A stretch of 64,000 nt of DNA from Deltaproteobacteria bacterium. GTDB lineage: Bacteria > Desulfobacterota > GWC2-55-46. The translations under genes were made by a program, and so were the position numbers. Below, piece after piece: positions 46,246-54,591 of this stretch; the stretch's first letter is position 1; each line of letters opens with the position of its first letter. The DNA is taken from the NCBI GenBank assembly GCA_019912665.1, contig JAIOIE010000021.1, forward strand, positions 135,679 through 199,678, read 5' to 3'. Under the pieces are notes generated by a model. It saw only the letters and a list, made by a program, of their open reading frames with translations, searched no databases and had not been told where the DNA came from.

Positions 46246-46398
46246 TCACGCCGTCTTTTTTACGAAACGCTCGGGAGCGTGCTCGAACGCCTCCTTGCAG
46301 GCCTCGCTGCAGAAGTAGTACGTCTTCCCCTTGTACTCTGTCGTGGCCTCGGCGTTTTCTTCGCTAAGCTCCATCTTGCATACGGGGTCGGCAGGCAT
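46246..46398 (-). CDS. YHS/TRASH-type metal-binding mini-protein
   Basis: The sequence is MPADPVCKMELSEENAEATTEYKGKTYYFCSEACKEAFEHAPERF. The ATG at 46398 is preceded by AAGGAGG. The longer ORF-track N-terminus is unsupported. Confidence 0.75.
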   Translation of the reverse strand: MPADPVCKMELSEENAEATTEYKGKTYYFCSEACKEAFEHAPERFVKKTA

Positions 46399-46460
46399 GG
46401 CGCACCTCCTTATATGGTCACCCGTTGAGCCATTCGAAACGGCCGCGCTCAGTGGGCCGG

Positions 46461-46652
46461 TTATTCTGAATTCTTTGGAAGGCAGTCTTCCTTCCAGCAG
46501 CATTGAAGCTGGTCGCATAAATCCACGGCAGTCCCGAAGCACGGGAAGTTACCCTCCGTGACTTGTATCTCCCTTATGAGGTCCCTTTTCCCTTTCCTCG
46601 ATGTCTTAAGCCCGAGCTTCTTCGCCTTTTCCCTTACCTTTTCCATCTGCAT
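46461..46652 (-). CDS. 63-aa mini-protein: HeH (Rho_N/SAP-like) N-terminus plus C-terminal Cys cluster
   Basis: The sequence is MQMEKVREKAKKLGLKTSRKGKRDLIREIQVTEGNFPCFGTAVDLCDQLQCCWKEDCLPKNSE. AAGGAGGA lies upstream of the start. The 5' end overlaps the last 47 nt of the radical SAM gene. Confidence 0.7.
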   Translation of the reverse strand: MQMEKVREKAKKLGLKTSRKGKRDLIREIQVTEGNFPCFGTAVDLCDQLQCCWKEDCLPKNSE

Positions 46653-47874
46653 CCGCGGCTTTCCTCCTTCCGTCTTCTTCCCCTGAGAATCCCCTGTGTA
46701 TGTGCTTCAAGACCCATTCAAGCCCCCTCGAATAGGTGTTGTAGTAATGATAGACCTGGTAATTGCATGTCGAGAGGCACTTGGGGTTGCACTCCTTTTT
46801 CGTCTCGCGGAGCGCGGCCGGGTCGAATGCCGGCTCCCAGACCCTGCCCCAGTCTTTCTCCGTCGAGTAGAGCTCGAAGCAGGGGGCGAGCGTGCCGTCG
46901 AGCCTTATTACAAGCGAATTAAGCCCGGCCCTGCAGTCCCAGGGCCCGCCCTTGCCCCTCACGAACGACTTCATGGCCCGGAGGTGCTCGGCCGAGTTGA
47001 CCATTGGCCAGCCTTCGAGGTTCTTCTCAACGAGCCAGTCAATGAGCTCGTCGGTTTTCCTGAAGTGCTCCTCTGAAATCCAGAAGCCCTGTTCGAGATG
47101 CTTGTAGTGCTTCTGCTCGATGACGGGGTGCTCGTTCATGTGATAGTCGGTGCCGATGTCGTGCTCCCGGGCTATCCGGGTAAGCTCCTTTACGTCCTCG
47201 ATATTTTCCGAGGTGATATTTATGTTGAAGAAAATGATGTAGCCGTACTTCTCCCTGAGCCTCACGAGGTGCTTGAAATTAGTCTTTACCCTATCGAAGC
47301 TCTTCGGAAGCCCCGGCGCTTCCTTAATCTTATCTACCGCGAGGTTTACGGCCGCCACACCCGCATCCCCTGCCCTCTCGATAAAATCCCTGTCCATGAG
47401 GATGCCGTTCGTGGGGAGGTACATGAAGAAGTCCCGGTCGCTCCCGTATTTAATGACATCGAGTATGAACTTCTTCCGTAAGAGCGGCTCCCCTCCCATC
47501 AAGGCCACCACCCTGCAGCCCACGGTCCGGAGCCAGTCGATGGACTTTCTCGCGGTCTCCGGGGGCATGCCCTTCACCTTGTTATTCCAGGTGAAGCAGT
47601 ACCAGCAGTTTACGTTGCATTTCCAGTCTGTGAAGAGATAGGAAAGGAGCGGCCTGAACCTGTCCGAGTAATATCTCGACTTCAGATACGGTATGTACCA
47701 GCAGCGGAGACCCCTTACGAGGTTCTTAGCCGTGTTACGCGTCTTTTTTGAGAGAAGCCTCCCCGTTTTCCCGTCCTCAAGGCCAATTTCCGCACCCGCT
47801 CTGCCCGGCTTTGAAAGCATAGCTCCCTCCTCCGGAAAAAACGTGCTCTTCCCCGTTGCGGGGCCGCTCACCAT
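46606..47874 (-). CDS. Radical SAM enzyme with SPASM/twitch-like C-terminal Cys motifs
   Basis: It has the CX3CX2C motif CNVNCWYC. C-terminal motifs are CRAGLNSLVIRLDGTLAPC (CX12GX4C) and CNPKCLSTC. The likelier start is the ATG at 47820 (MLSKPG...), which follows GGAGGAGGGAG. Confidence 0.8.
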   Translation of the reverse strand: MVSGPATGKSTFFPEEGAMLSKPGRAGAEIGLEDGKTGRLLSKKTRNTAKNLVRGLRCWYIPYLKSRYYSDRFRPLLSYLFTDWKCNVNCWYCFTWNNKVKGMPPETARKSIDWLRTVGCRVVALMGGEPLLRKKFILDVIKYGSDRDFFMYLPTNGILMDRDFIERAGDAGVAAVNLAVDKIKEAPGLPKSFDRVKTNFKHLVRLREKYGYIIFFNINITSENIEDVKELTRIAREHDIGTDYHMNEHPVIEQKHYKHLEQGFWISEEHFRKTDELIDWLVEKNLEGWPMVNSAEHLRAMKSFVRGKGGPWDCRAGLNSLVIRLDGTLAPCFELYSTEKDWGRVWEPAFDPAALRETKKECNPKCLSTCNYQVYHYYNTYSRGLEWVLKHIHRGFSGEEDGRRKAADADGKGKGKGEEARA

Positions 47875-48019
47875 TATAAATTAGGACAGCTTTTGTCGTT
47901 TCAGTCAACTACCCGGTGGCCGAACCCGGAAAGGCACGTTATTGCTCTGCTTTTCTCGACCCGCTTCCAAAAACCCTCATTTAAATGGTATGCTGTTGCC
48001 CTCTACTGGAGGGTAAAAG

Positions 48020-49402
48020 ATGAAGCTTACTTTCGTCGGCGGAGCGAGCACCGTAACAGGCTCCTGCTACCATATCGAGGTCGGAAAATTCAAATTCCTC
48101 GTCGAGTGCGGCCTTCACCAGGGCATAGGCTCCGATGAACTAAACAGGCACCCCTTCCCCTTCGACCCGGCATCGCTCGATTTCATATTCGTAACGCACG
48201 CCCACATAGACCATTCCGGGATGCTCCCGAGGGCAGTGAGGGACGGCTTTAAAGGGACGATAATCTCGACGGCGGCGACAAGGGACCTCCTTGAGCCCAT
48301 GCTCTATGACGCGGCGAGCATTCAGGAGAGCGACAGCGAATGGGCGACGAGAAAGGCGCTCCGCTCAGGCAAGCCCCCGCAAGAGCCCCTTTACACGAGC
48401 GAGGACGTCGAGCGGGTACTCCCCCTTTTCGAGATAAAGGAATACGACAAGGTCTATCACCTCGGCCCGGGCGTGAAATACCGTTTCCTGGACGCCGGGC
48501 ACATATTGGGCTCGGCCTCGCTTGAGATATGGTATCAGGACAGCGCCGAAGAGAAAAAGATAGTCTTCTCAGGCGACATCGGCAAGAAGGGCAACCCCAT
48601 AATAAAAGACCCATCGGCGCCTGACCTCGCGAATTACGTGGTGATGGAGTCCACTTACGGCAACAGGTCGCACAAGCCCCTCAATGAATCCATAAACGAG
48701 CTCGTTAGCGCCATCAAGACGACATTCAGGAAGGGCGGGAACGTCTATATTCCCTCCTTCGCGGTCGGCAGGGCCCAGGACTTACTCTATATTCTCAATA
48801 ACCTGGTGCGTGAGGGCCGTCTTTACAGGATAGACGTCTACCTCGACAGTCCCCTTGCCGAGGCTGTTACCAAGATCTATGTAGCCCATCCCGAATGCTT
48901 TGACGAGGAGGCGCGCCATCTCTTCACCACCAAGCAGTCTGATTCGTCGATAAGGCTCCATTTCGTCCGGACGGCCGAGGAGTCGATGAAGCTAAACAGG
49001 CTCCGCTCCGGGAACATCATCATAGCCGGAAGCGGCATGTGCGAGGGCGGCAGGATAAAGCACCATCTCAAGCACAACCTCTGGCGCTCGGAGTGCAGCG
49101 TCATCTTCGTCGGCTACCAGGCAAAGGGCACTCTCGGAAGGAAGATCGTGGACGGCGCGAAGTCCGTGACCGTTTTGGGAGAGGAAGTGCTCGTCCGCGC
49201 CTCCATCCACACCATAAACGGCTTTTCCGCCCACGCGGGCAGGGAGGGCCTGCTTGATTGGCTCTCGGACTTCGACGACTCGCCGGAGATATTCATCGTG
49301 CACGGCGAGGACGAGGCCGGGGAATCGTTCGCGGGGCTTATAAAGGAGAAGTACGGGTTTGCTACCAGGAGACCGCAGAACGGGGAGACGGTGGAGATAT
49401 AG
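48020..49402 (+). CDS. MBL-fold beta-CASP family metallo-nuclease
   Basis: The 460-aa ORF contains the HAHIDHSG motif, DAGHILGSA, ESTYG and a C-terminal FSAHAG, as seen in CPSF73/RNase J-like enzymes. Confidence 0.8.
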   Translation: MKLTFVGGASTVTGSCYHIEVGKFKFLVECGLHQGIGSDELNRHPFPFDPASLDFIFVTHAHIDHSGMLPRAVRDGFKGTIISTAATRDLLEPMLYDAASIQESDSEWATRKALRSGKPPQEPLYTSEDVERVLPLFEIKEYDKVYHLGPGVKYRFLDAGHILGSASLEIWYQDSAEEKKIVFSGDIGKKGNPIIKDPSAPDLANYVVMESTYGNRSHKPLNESINELVSAIKTTFRKGGNVYIPSFAVGRAQDLLYILNNLVREGRLYRIDVYLDSPLAEAVTKIYVAHPECFDEEARHLFTTKQSDSSIRLHFVRTAEESMKLNRLRSGNIIIAGSGMCEGGRIKHHLKHNLWRSECSVIFVGYQAKGTLGRKIVDGAKSVTVLGEEVLVRASIHTINGFSAHAGREGLLDWLSDFDDSPEIFIVHGEDEAGESFAGLIKEKYGFATRRPQNGETVEI

Positions 49403-49409
49403 TTTTTTT

Positions 49410-49480
49410 GTAGGTGGGTTGAGCGAAGGGAAAACCCGACGATGTTCTTTGTAGGTTGGGTTAGCGCAGCGTAACCCAAC
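49410..49480 (+). repeat. Two REP hairpins upstream of the RAYT gene
   Basis: The first is GTAGGTGGGTTGAGCGAAGGGAAAACCCGAC (49410-49440). The second is GTAGGTTGGGTTAGCGCAGCGTAACCCAAC (49451-49480). Confidence 0.8.
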
Positions 49481-49491
49481 AAGAATACAAG

Positions 49492-50034
49492 ATGCAATAT
49501 CGGAGAACACAAACAAAAAGCGGCTCGTTCTTTTTTACCGTCGTGACTCATGAGAGGCAGCGGATATTATGCCTTGATGAAAACATCCTTCTTTTAAAGG
49601 ATGCATTCAGCCATGTCATGGCAAAGCACCCGTTCACCATCGACGCATTCGTTTGCCTTCCGGACCACATCCATTGCGTCTGGACCATGCCGGAAAACGA
49701 CGGGGATTTTTTCTACTCGCTGGCGTCTTATCAAGAGCCACTTCAGCGCACTGGTAGCGGGCAGACAATGAAGCAACCCGGACGGCTTCCCGCATAAAAA
49801 AGGCGAGCAGGGCATTTGGCAGCGGCGTTTCTGGGAACACAGCATACGGGACCAGAGTGATTTTAACCGGCATATCGAATATATCCATTACAATCCTGTC
49901 AGGCACGGGATTGTAAAGTCGCCCAGGGATTGGCCGTATACAAGCTTTCACGAATATGTAAATGACGGGACCTTAACCATCATTGGGGAGCAGGCGAAAA
50001 TATAGAATTCGACGACTATGTCGGGAATGAATGA
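49492..50034 (+). pseudogene. REP-associated tyrosine transposase (RAYT, IS200/IS605 Y1-like), disrupted
   Basis: Frame 1 gives ...PDHIHCVWTMPENDGDF. After a T-run at about 49711-49716 the homology continues in another frame (STRWRLIKSHFS...RQ*SN...KGEQGIWQRRFWEHSIRD...IHYNPVRHGIVKSPRDWPYTSFHEYV) with an in-frame TGA. The tail (HHWGAGENIEFDDYVGNE) is in a third frame. Confidence 0.8.
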
Positions 50035-50040
50035 TTGTTT

Positions 50041-50069
50041 TGGGTTACGCTTCGCTAACCCAACCTACG
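50041..50069 (-). repeat. REP hairpin in inverted orientation downstream of the RAYT
   Basis: TGGGTTACGCTTCGCTAACCCAACCTACG is the reverse complement of the upstream REP consensus. Confidence 0.8.
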
Positions 50070-50241
50070 AGACCATCATAAATCACAAAATATCCCCTGT
50101 AATTTAAAAAAGCTTGCGAAACTCAATAATTACACTCGACACACACCAGAGATGTATTGTTTTTAATTCGTTTAAATTAACGTTTGACAAAAAAAGTTTA
50201 AAATTATAGATTAAAACTTAATTAAATACTGGAGGGGCTAT

Positions 50242-51126
50242 GTGAAAAGATATTTCTTAATTGTTTGTGGGGTCTTTTTCTTGAATTGCAAAAATACAGC
50301 ATACGCTAATAATGCCCCTGAGCAAGCGACTTCTCCGACTGAAAGGACTCATCTTGAAGAAGTATTCACGCCATGCAAGAAAAAAAATGGTTCCGTTAAA
50401 GAAAATTGCAAAAAAACAGAAAAGCCTTATTATATTGATTTGATGATGGGGGTAGATTATGCATTAGAGGCTAAAGACGAGAATGGAAACAATACTCAAA
50501 ATAATTTTTCAGACGGTAAATTCAATATAGGGCTTACTGCGCATCAAAAATTTAATGCTTATGAAAGTGCAGATCTTTCCCTCTCATCATACCGTGGCTT
50601 TTTGACAGTGAAATTGGCTAGCGCTTCTGTTGAAATCCCAGAAAATGGAGATTCCCAGGTTTTGACTGAGCAAAGATCCTTAGGTATACAAGGAGGATTA
50701 TTTTGGGGATGTCGTTTAAATAAAGATAACCAGAGTTTAAATTTTCAAAGCTATGAAATAGGACCCATAATAAAATTCGGAGGACAAACTTCCGAAATTA
50801 AGGATCAATTAATTACAAGCGGATCTTTGCAGGTTAGGATTTTGCAGACAGGTAAATGGGTAAATGGGGCATATCTCGATGTAGGCTACGGTTTTAATGG
50901 AGCACTCGAGAACGAAGGCAGATGGAAACTAGATGCATTTTTGCCAATTGAAGGGTTACAGCTGAATGGTTCCTATCTAAATTTATTTTTAGCAACCAGC
51001 GTAGAAAGTGATTTGGGAAATAAAAAAGATTTAGTTACATTTAGCGTCGGAACGTTTATAGATTTTATAAGTCTGGGAAAAGCTCTAGGCAATATTTTCA
51101 GTGCAGCTGGAATAAATTTAAATTGA
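50242..51126 (+). CDS. Orphan secreted protein/lipoprotein in an AT-rich island, possibly an outer-membrane beta-barrel
   Basis: The 294-aa ORF has a GTG start after GGAGGGG and a signal peptide, MKRYFLIVCGVFFLNCKNTAYA. Alternating hydrophobic/polar strands are visible (YLDVGYGF, LVTFSVGTFIDF). Codon usage is AT-rich, unlike every other gene here. I recognise no family. Confidence 0.6.
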   Translation: MKRYFLIVCGVFFLNCKNTAYANNAPEQATSPTERTHLEEVFTPCKKKNGSVKENCKKTEKPYYIDLMMGVDYALEAKDENGNNTQNNFSDGKFNIGLTAHQKFNAYESADLSLSSYRGFLTVKLASASVEIPENGDSQVLTEQRSLGIQGGLFWGCRLNKDNQSLNFQSYEIGPIIKFGGQTSEIKDQLITSGSLQVRILQTGKWVNGAYLDVGYGFNGALENEGRWKLDAFLPIEGLQLNGSYLNLFLATSVESDLGNKKDLVTFSVGTFIDFISLGKALGNIFSAAGINLN

Positions 51127-51367
51127 GTTGTTGAAAATTAAGAGTAACGATATGTAATCATGCTGCGAGTGCTGCGCGACACTGTTCTCATTTAAGCCGC
51201 TTTCTTGCTCTCCCTCACCTCCCTCTTTTTGAGTTTAGTCTTGCGCTGTGCGCGCCATTCCCAATGTACAGCCGATTAAACCTCTTGACTCCCCTCTCCA
51301 CCCCCTTACACTCTAAGTAAAGCCCCTTGTATCCGAAAATTGATTTAATCCGGCTTTTTCTCGAATC

Positions 51368-52312
51368 ATGCAAAAGATAAAGCTCGGCATAAGCTCGTGC
51401 CTTCTGGGAGAAAAGGTGCGCTATGACGGCACGCACCAGAGGGACAGGTACATAACCGACACCCTCGGGAAATACTTCGATTGGCTGCCGGTCTGCCCGG
51501 AGGTGGAGTACGGCCTTCCGGTGCCGAGGGAGGCCATGCGCCTGAAGGCAGGCCCCGAGGGCCAGCGCCTCGTGACCCGAAAGAGCGGCATGGACCACAC
51601 TGAGGGCATGCGCGCATGGGTGAAGGAAAGGCTCGACGAGCTTGAGAAGGAGAATCTGTCGGGCTTCATCTTCAAGGCCAAATCTCCAAGCTCCGGCCTT
51701 TACGGAGTGAAGCTCTATGGCCCTTCGGGGCCGCCTTCGAAAAAGGGGGTTGGGCTTTTCGGAGGCGCGTTCGCCGAGCGCTTCCCCCTTGTGCCTGCCG
51801 AGGACGACGGCAGGCTCCACGACCCGGCCCTCCGCGAAAACTTCATAGAGCGCGTCTTCGTGTACCGGAGGTGGCAGGAGCTGATGCGAAAGCCGGGTGC
51901 AGCCCGCCTCGTGGACTTCCATACCCGGCACAAGCTCCTCATCCTCGCGCACAGCCCGAAGCATTATGCGCTCCTTGGAAAGATCACAGCCAGGGCCGGA
52001 AAATCCAGGGCAGAAAAGCTATACTATGAATACGCCGGAAGCCTCATGGAAGGGCTCCGCATAGTCGCCACGACCAGGAAAAACACCAACGTCCTTTACC
52101 ATATCATGGGGTATTTCAAGGAAAGGCTCTCAGCCCCTGAAAAGAAGGAGTTGCTTGAGGTCATTGGCAACTACCACAACGGGCTTATTCCCCTTATCGT
52201 GCCGATAGTGCTCGTTAACCACTATGTCCTCCTGTTCAAAGAGCCGTACCTCGGGAGGCAATATTACCTTAACCCGCACCCGATAGAGATGATGCTAAGA
52301 AACCACGTGTAG
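51368..52312 (+). CDS. ybgA: DUF523 + DUF1722 protein (YbgA-like)
   Basis: The 314-aa ORF starts LGISSCLLGEKVRYDG (DUF523). The C-terminal half matches the YbgA/DUF1722 pattern (HTRHKLLILAHS). It is upstream of a photolyase gene, as in E. coli ybgA-phr. Confidence 0.75.
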   Translation: MQKIKLGISSCLLGEKVRYDGTHQRDRYITDTLGKYFDWLPVCPEVEYGLPVPREAMRLKAGPEGQRLVTRKSGMDHTEGMRAWVKERLDELEKENLSGFIFKAKSPSSGLYGVKLYGPSGPPSKKGVGLFGGAFAERFPLVPAEDDGRLHDPALRENFIERVFVYRRWQELMRKPGAARLVDFHTRHKLLILAHSPKHYALLGKITARAGKSRAEKLYYEYAGSLMEGLRIVATTRKNTNVLYHIMGYFKERLSAPEKKELLEVIGNYHNGLIPLIVPIVLVNHYVLLFKEPYLGRQYYLNPHPIEMMLRNHV

Positions 52313-52318
52313 GAGCGC

Positions 52319-53659
52319 ATGTTCGAAGGAAGGTACGAGACCCTGAGGGAGGGAACTTCGCGGAAAGGCCCGGTCGCCTACTGGATGAGCCGCGACCAGA
52401 GAGCGCGTGACAACTGGGCGCTCCTCTTTGCCCAAGCGCTCGCAATCGAACGGAAGGCCCCGCTTATCGTGCTCTTCTCTCTAGCCCCGGCCTTTCTGGG
52501 GGCCGCGCTCAGGCAGTACGGGTTCATGCTCCGGGGGCTGAAGGAAGTCGAGGAAAGCCTTGCCGAGAAGTCCATCCCGTTTGTCCTCATAAAGGGCGAA
52601 CCGCCGGAAGCGGTGCCGAGCTTCATCAAGCGATATAAAATATCCGAGCTTGTTACCGACTTCGACCCCTTGAAGATAAAAAGGGGCTGGCAAGACGCCG
52701 TAGCCTCAAGGATAGACATACCCCTTCACATGGTAGACGCGCATAATATCGTGCCTTGCAGGATAGCCTCGTCAAAGCAGGAGTTCGCGGCGCGCACCTT
52801 CAGGCCCAGGATACAGGCAAGGCTCGGAGACTATCTCACCGATTTTCCCCGGTTAAGAAAGCACCAGCACCATATTGGGATCAAGGCCGGTTTCGACCTT
52901 GAAAAGACCATTTCCGGACTCGCCGTCGACAGCACGGTCAAAGAGGTGGACTGGCTGAAACCCGGAGAGACCGAAGCGGCTAAAGCGCTCGAAGACTTTA
53001 TGGAAAAGAAGCTCGACAGGTATGCCGAAGACAGGAACGACCCGACGAAGGACGGGCAATCAAACCTCTCGCCGTATCTCCACTTCGGGTATATAGCGGC
53101 ACAGCGCGTCGCGCTTCAAGTAATGCGAAAGGGCGCGGATGGTGAGGGCAAGAGGGCCTTCCTTGAAGAGCTTATCGTCAGGAAGGAGCTTTCGGACAAC
53201 TTCTGCCTTTATAACCGCGACTACGACAGCATAACGGGTTTTCCAGCCTGGGCAAAGAAGACATTGAATGCGCACGCGGGAGACAGGCGCGAGTTTATCT
53301 TCTCCCTCGACGAGCTTGAGAACGCACGCACCTACGACCCGCTCTGGAACGCCTCCCAGATGCAGATGGTGAAGACCGGGAAGATGCACGGCTACATGCG
53401 CATGTACTGGGCCAAGAAGATACTCGAATGGAGCGAATCGCCGGAGGCCGCGCTCAGGAATGCCATCTACTTGAACGACAAATACGAGCTCGACGGCAGG
53501 GACCCGAACGGGTATGCCGGGATTGCATGGGCCATAGGCGGGGTGCACGACCGCGCGTGGGCTGAAAGGAAAGTAACGGGGAAGATACGGTACATGAGCT
53601 ACAGGGGCAGCAGGTCGAAATTCGATGTTGACGCATATATCCGGAGGTGGGCCGGATGA
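52319..53659 (+). CDS. phr: Deoxyribodipyrimidine photolyase, class II-like
   Basis: The 446-aa ORF contains VAYWMSRDQRARDNWAL and a C-terminal FAD-binding region (HGYMRMYWAKKILEW, DGRDPNGYAGIAW). Confidence 0.85.
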   Translation: MFEGRYETLREGTSRKGPVAYWMSRDQRARDNWALLFAQALAIERKAPLIVLFSLAPAFLGAALRQYGFMLRGLKEVEESLAEKSIPFVLIKGEPPEAVPSFIKRYKISELVTDFDPLKIKRGWQDAVASRIDIPLHMVDAHNIVPCRIASSKQEFAARTFRPRIQARLGDYLTDFPRLRKHQHHIGIKAGFDLEKTISGLAVDSTVKEVDWLKPGETEAAKALEDFMEKKLDRYAEDRNDPTKDGQSNLSPYLHFGYIAAQRVALQVMRKGADGEGKRAFLEELIVRKELSDNFCLYNRDYDSITGFPAWAKKTLNAHAGDRREFIFSLDELENARTYDPLWNASQMQMVKTGKMHGYMRMYWAKKILEWSESPEAALRNAIYLNDKYELDGRDPNGYAGIAWAIGGVHDRAWAERKVTGKIRYMSYRGSRSKFDVDAYIRRWAG

Positions 53660-53745
53660 AGGCCGCCACTTGACTACCACCTCCTTTGCTCTAAACTCTA
53701 AATAAGGCCCCTTCCCGCCCTCCCTCTCCAATTGCGAGGTTTTTC

Positions 53746-54582
53746 ATGGCCCGTCCCATCTGGAAAGGCTCCATAAGCTTCGGCCTGGTAAATATCCCTG
53801 TCGGTCTCTTTACAGCCGAAGGCAAGGAGAAAAAGCTCGACTTCCACCTCCTCGATAAGAACGACCTCTCGCCCGTGGGCTACAAAAAAATAAACAAGCG
53901 GACCGGGAAGGAGGTCGGCACCGGCGAGATGGTGAAAGGCTACGAGTTCGAACGGGGGCAGTATGTCGTCCTCTCCGAAGAAGACTTGAAGCGCGCCAAC
54001 GCCAAGGCCACCCAGACTGTCGAGATAATCGACTTCGTGGACTCGAAAGACATACACCCCATATTCTTCGAGAAGCCCTATTTCCTCGCGCCCGTGGGCA
54101 GGGGCGAGAAGGGTTACGCGCTCCTACGTGAGGCGCTTAAAAAGACCGGAAAGGCCGGGGTAGCAAAAGTCGTCATACACTCGAAGGAATACATCGGGGC
54201 CGTGGTCCCCTACGGAAAGGTGCTCGTCCTTGACCTAATAAGATACGCCGACGAGCTCAAAAAACCGGAAACTGTCGAGGTGCCTGAAGAGGACCTTAAA
54301 AAACTCGGCGTGACGGAAAAAGAGCTTGAGATGGCGGAAAGGCTTGTCGAGTCCATGATATCCGACTGGCAGCCTGACAAATACCACGACACCTACAGGG
54401 ACGAGCTCCTCTCATACATAAAAAACAAGATCGCCGCAGGCGAGACTGCCAGGGTCGAGGAGGCAGCAGCCCCGCCGCCCCCGCCCGCCGCGGAGGTCAT
54501 CGACCTCATGTCGCTCCTTAAGAAAAGCGTCGAGGAGACCGAGGCCGCGAAGGTCAAGGCCCGGAAGGCCTCGGGCGGGTAG
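53746..54582 (+). CDS. ku: Non-homologous end joining protein Ku
   Basis: The 278-aa ORF begins MARPIWKGSISFGLVNIPV, the canonical bacterial Ku N-terminus. The C-terminal tail is basic. Confidence 0.93.
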   Translation: MARPIWKGSISFGLVNIPVGLFTAEGKEKKLDFHLLDKNDLSPVGYKKINKRTGKEVGTGEMVKGYEFERGQYVVLSEEDLKRANAKATQTVEIIDFVDSKDIHPIFFEKPYFLAPVGRGEKGYALLREALKKTGKAGVAKVVIHSKEYIGAVVPYGKVLVLDLIRYADELKKPETVEVPEEDLKKLGVTEKELEMAERLVESMISDWQPDKYHDTYRDELLSYIKNKIAAGETARVEEAAAPPPPPAAEVIDLMSLLKKSVEETEAAKVKARKASGG

Positions 54583-54591
54583 CCCCGGCAG

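Noticed and set aside
49114-49551. 145-aa minus-strand ORF containing LGYAALTQPT
   Set aside because: That peptide is simply the translation of the REP hairpin. The rest is antisense to the beta-CASP gene's 3' end.
49765-49767. In-frame TGA in the RAYT as selenocysteine or readthrough
   Set aside because: The gene also carries at least two frameshifts, so decay is the simpler explanation. No SECIS-like hairpin is evident.
51215-51964. 249-aa minus-strand ORF
   Set aside because: It is antisense to the well-supported ybgA-like gene and shows no family features.
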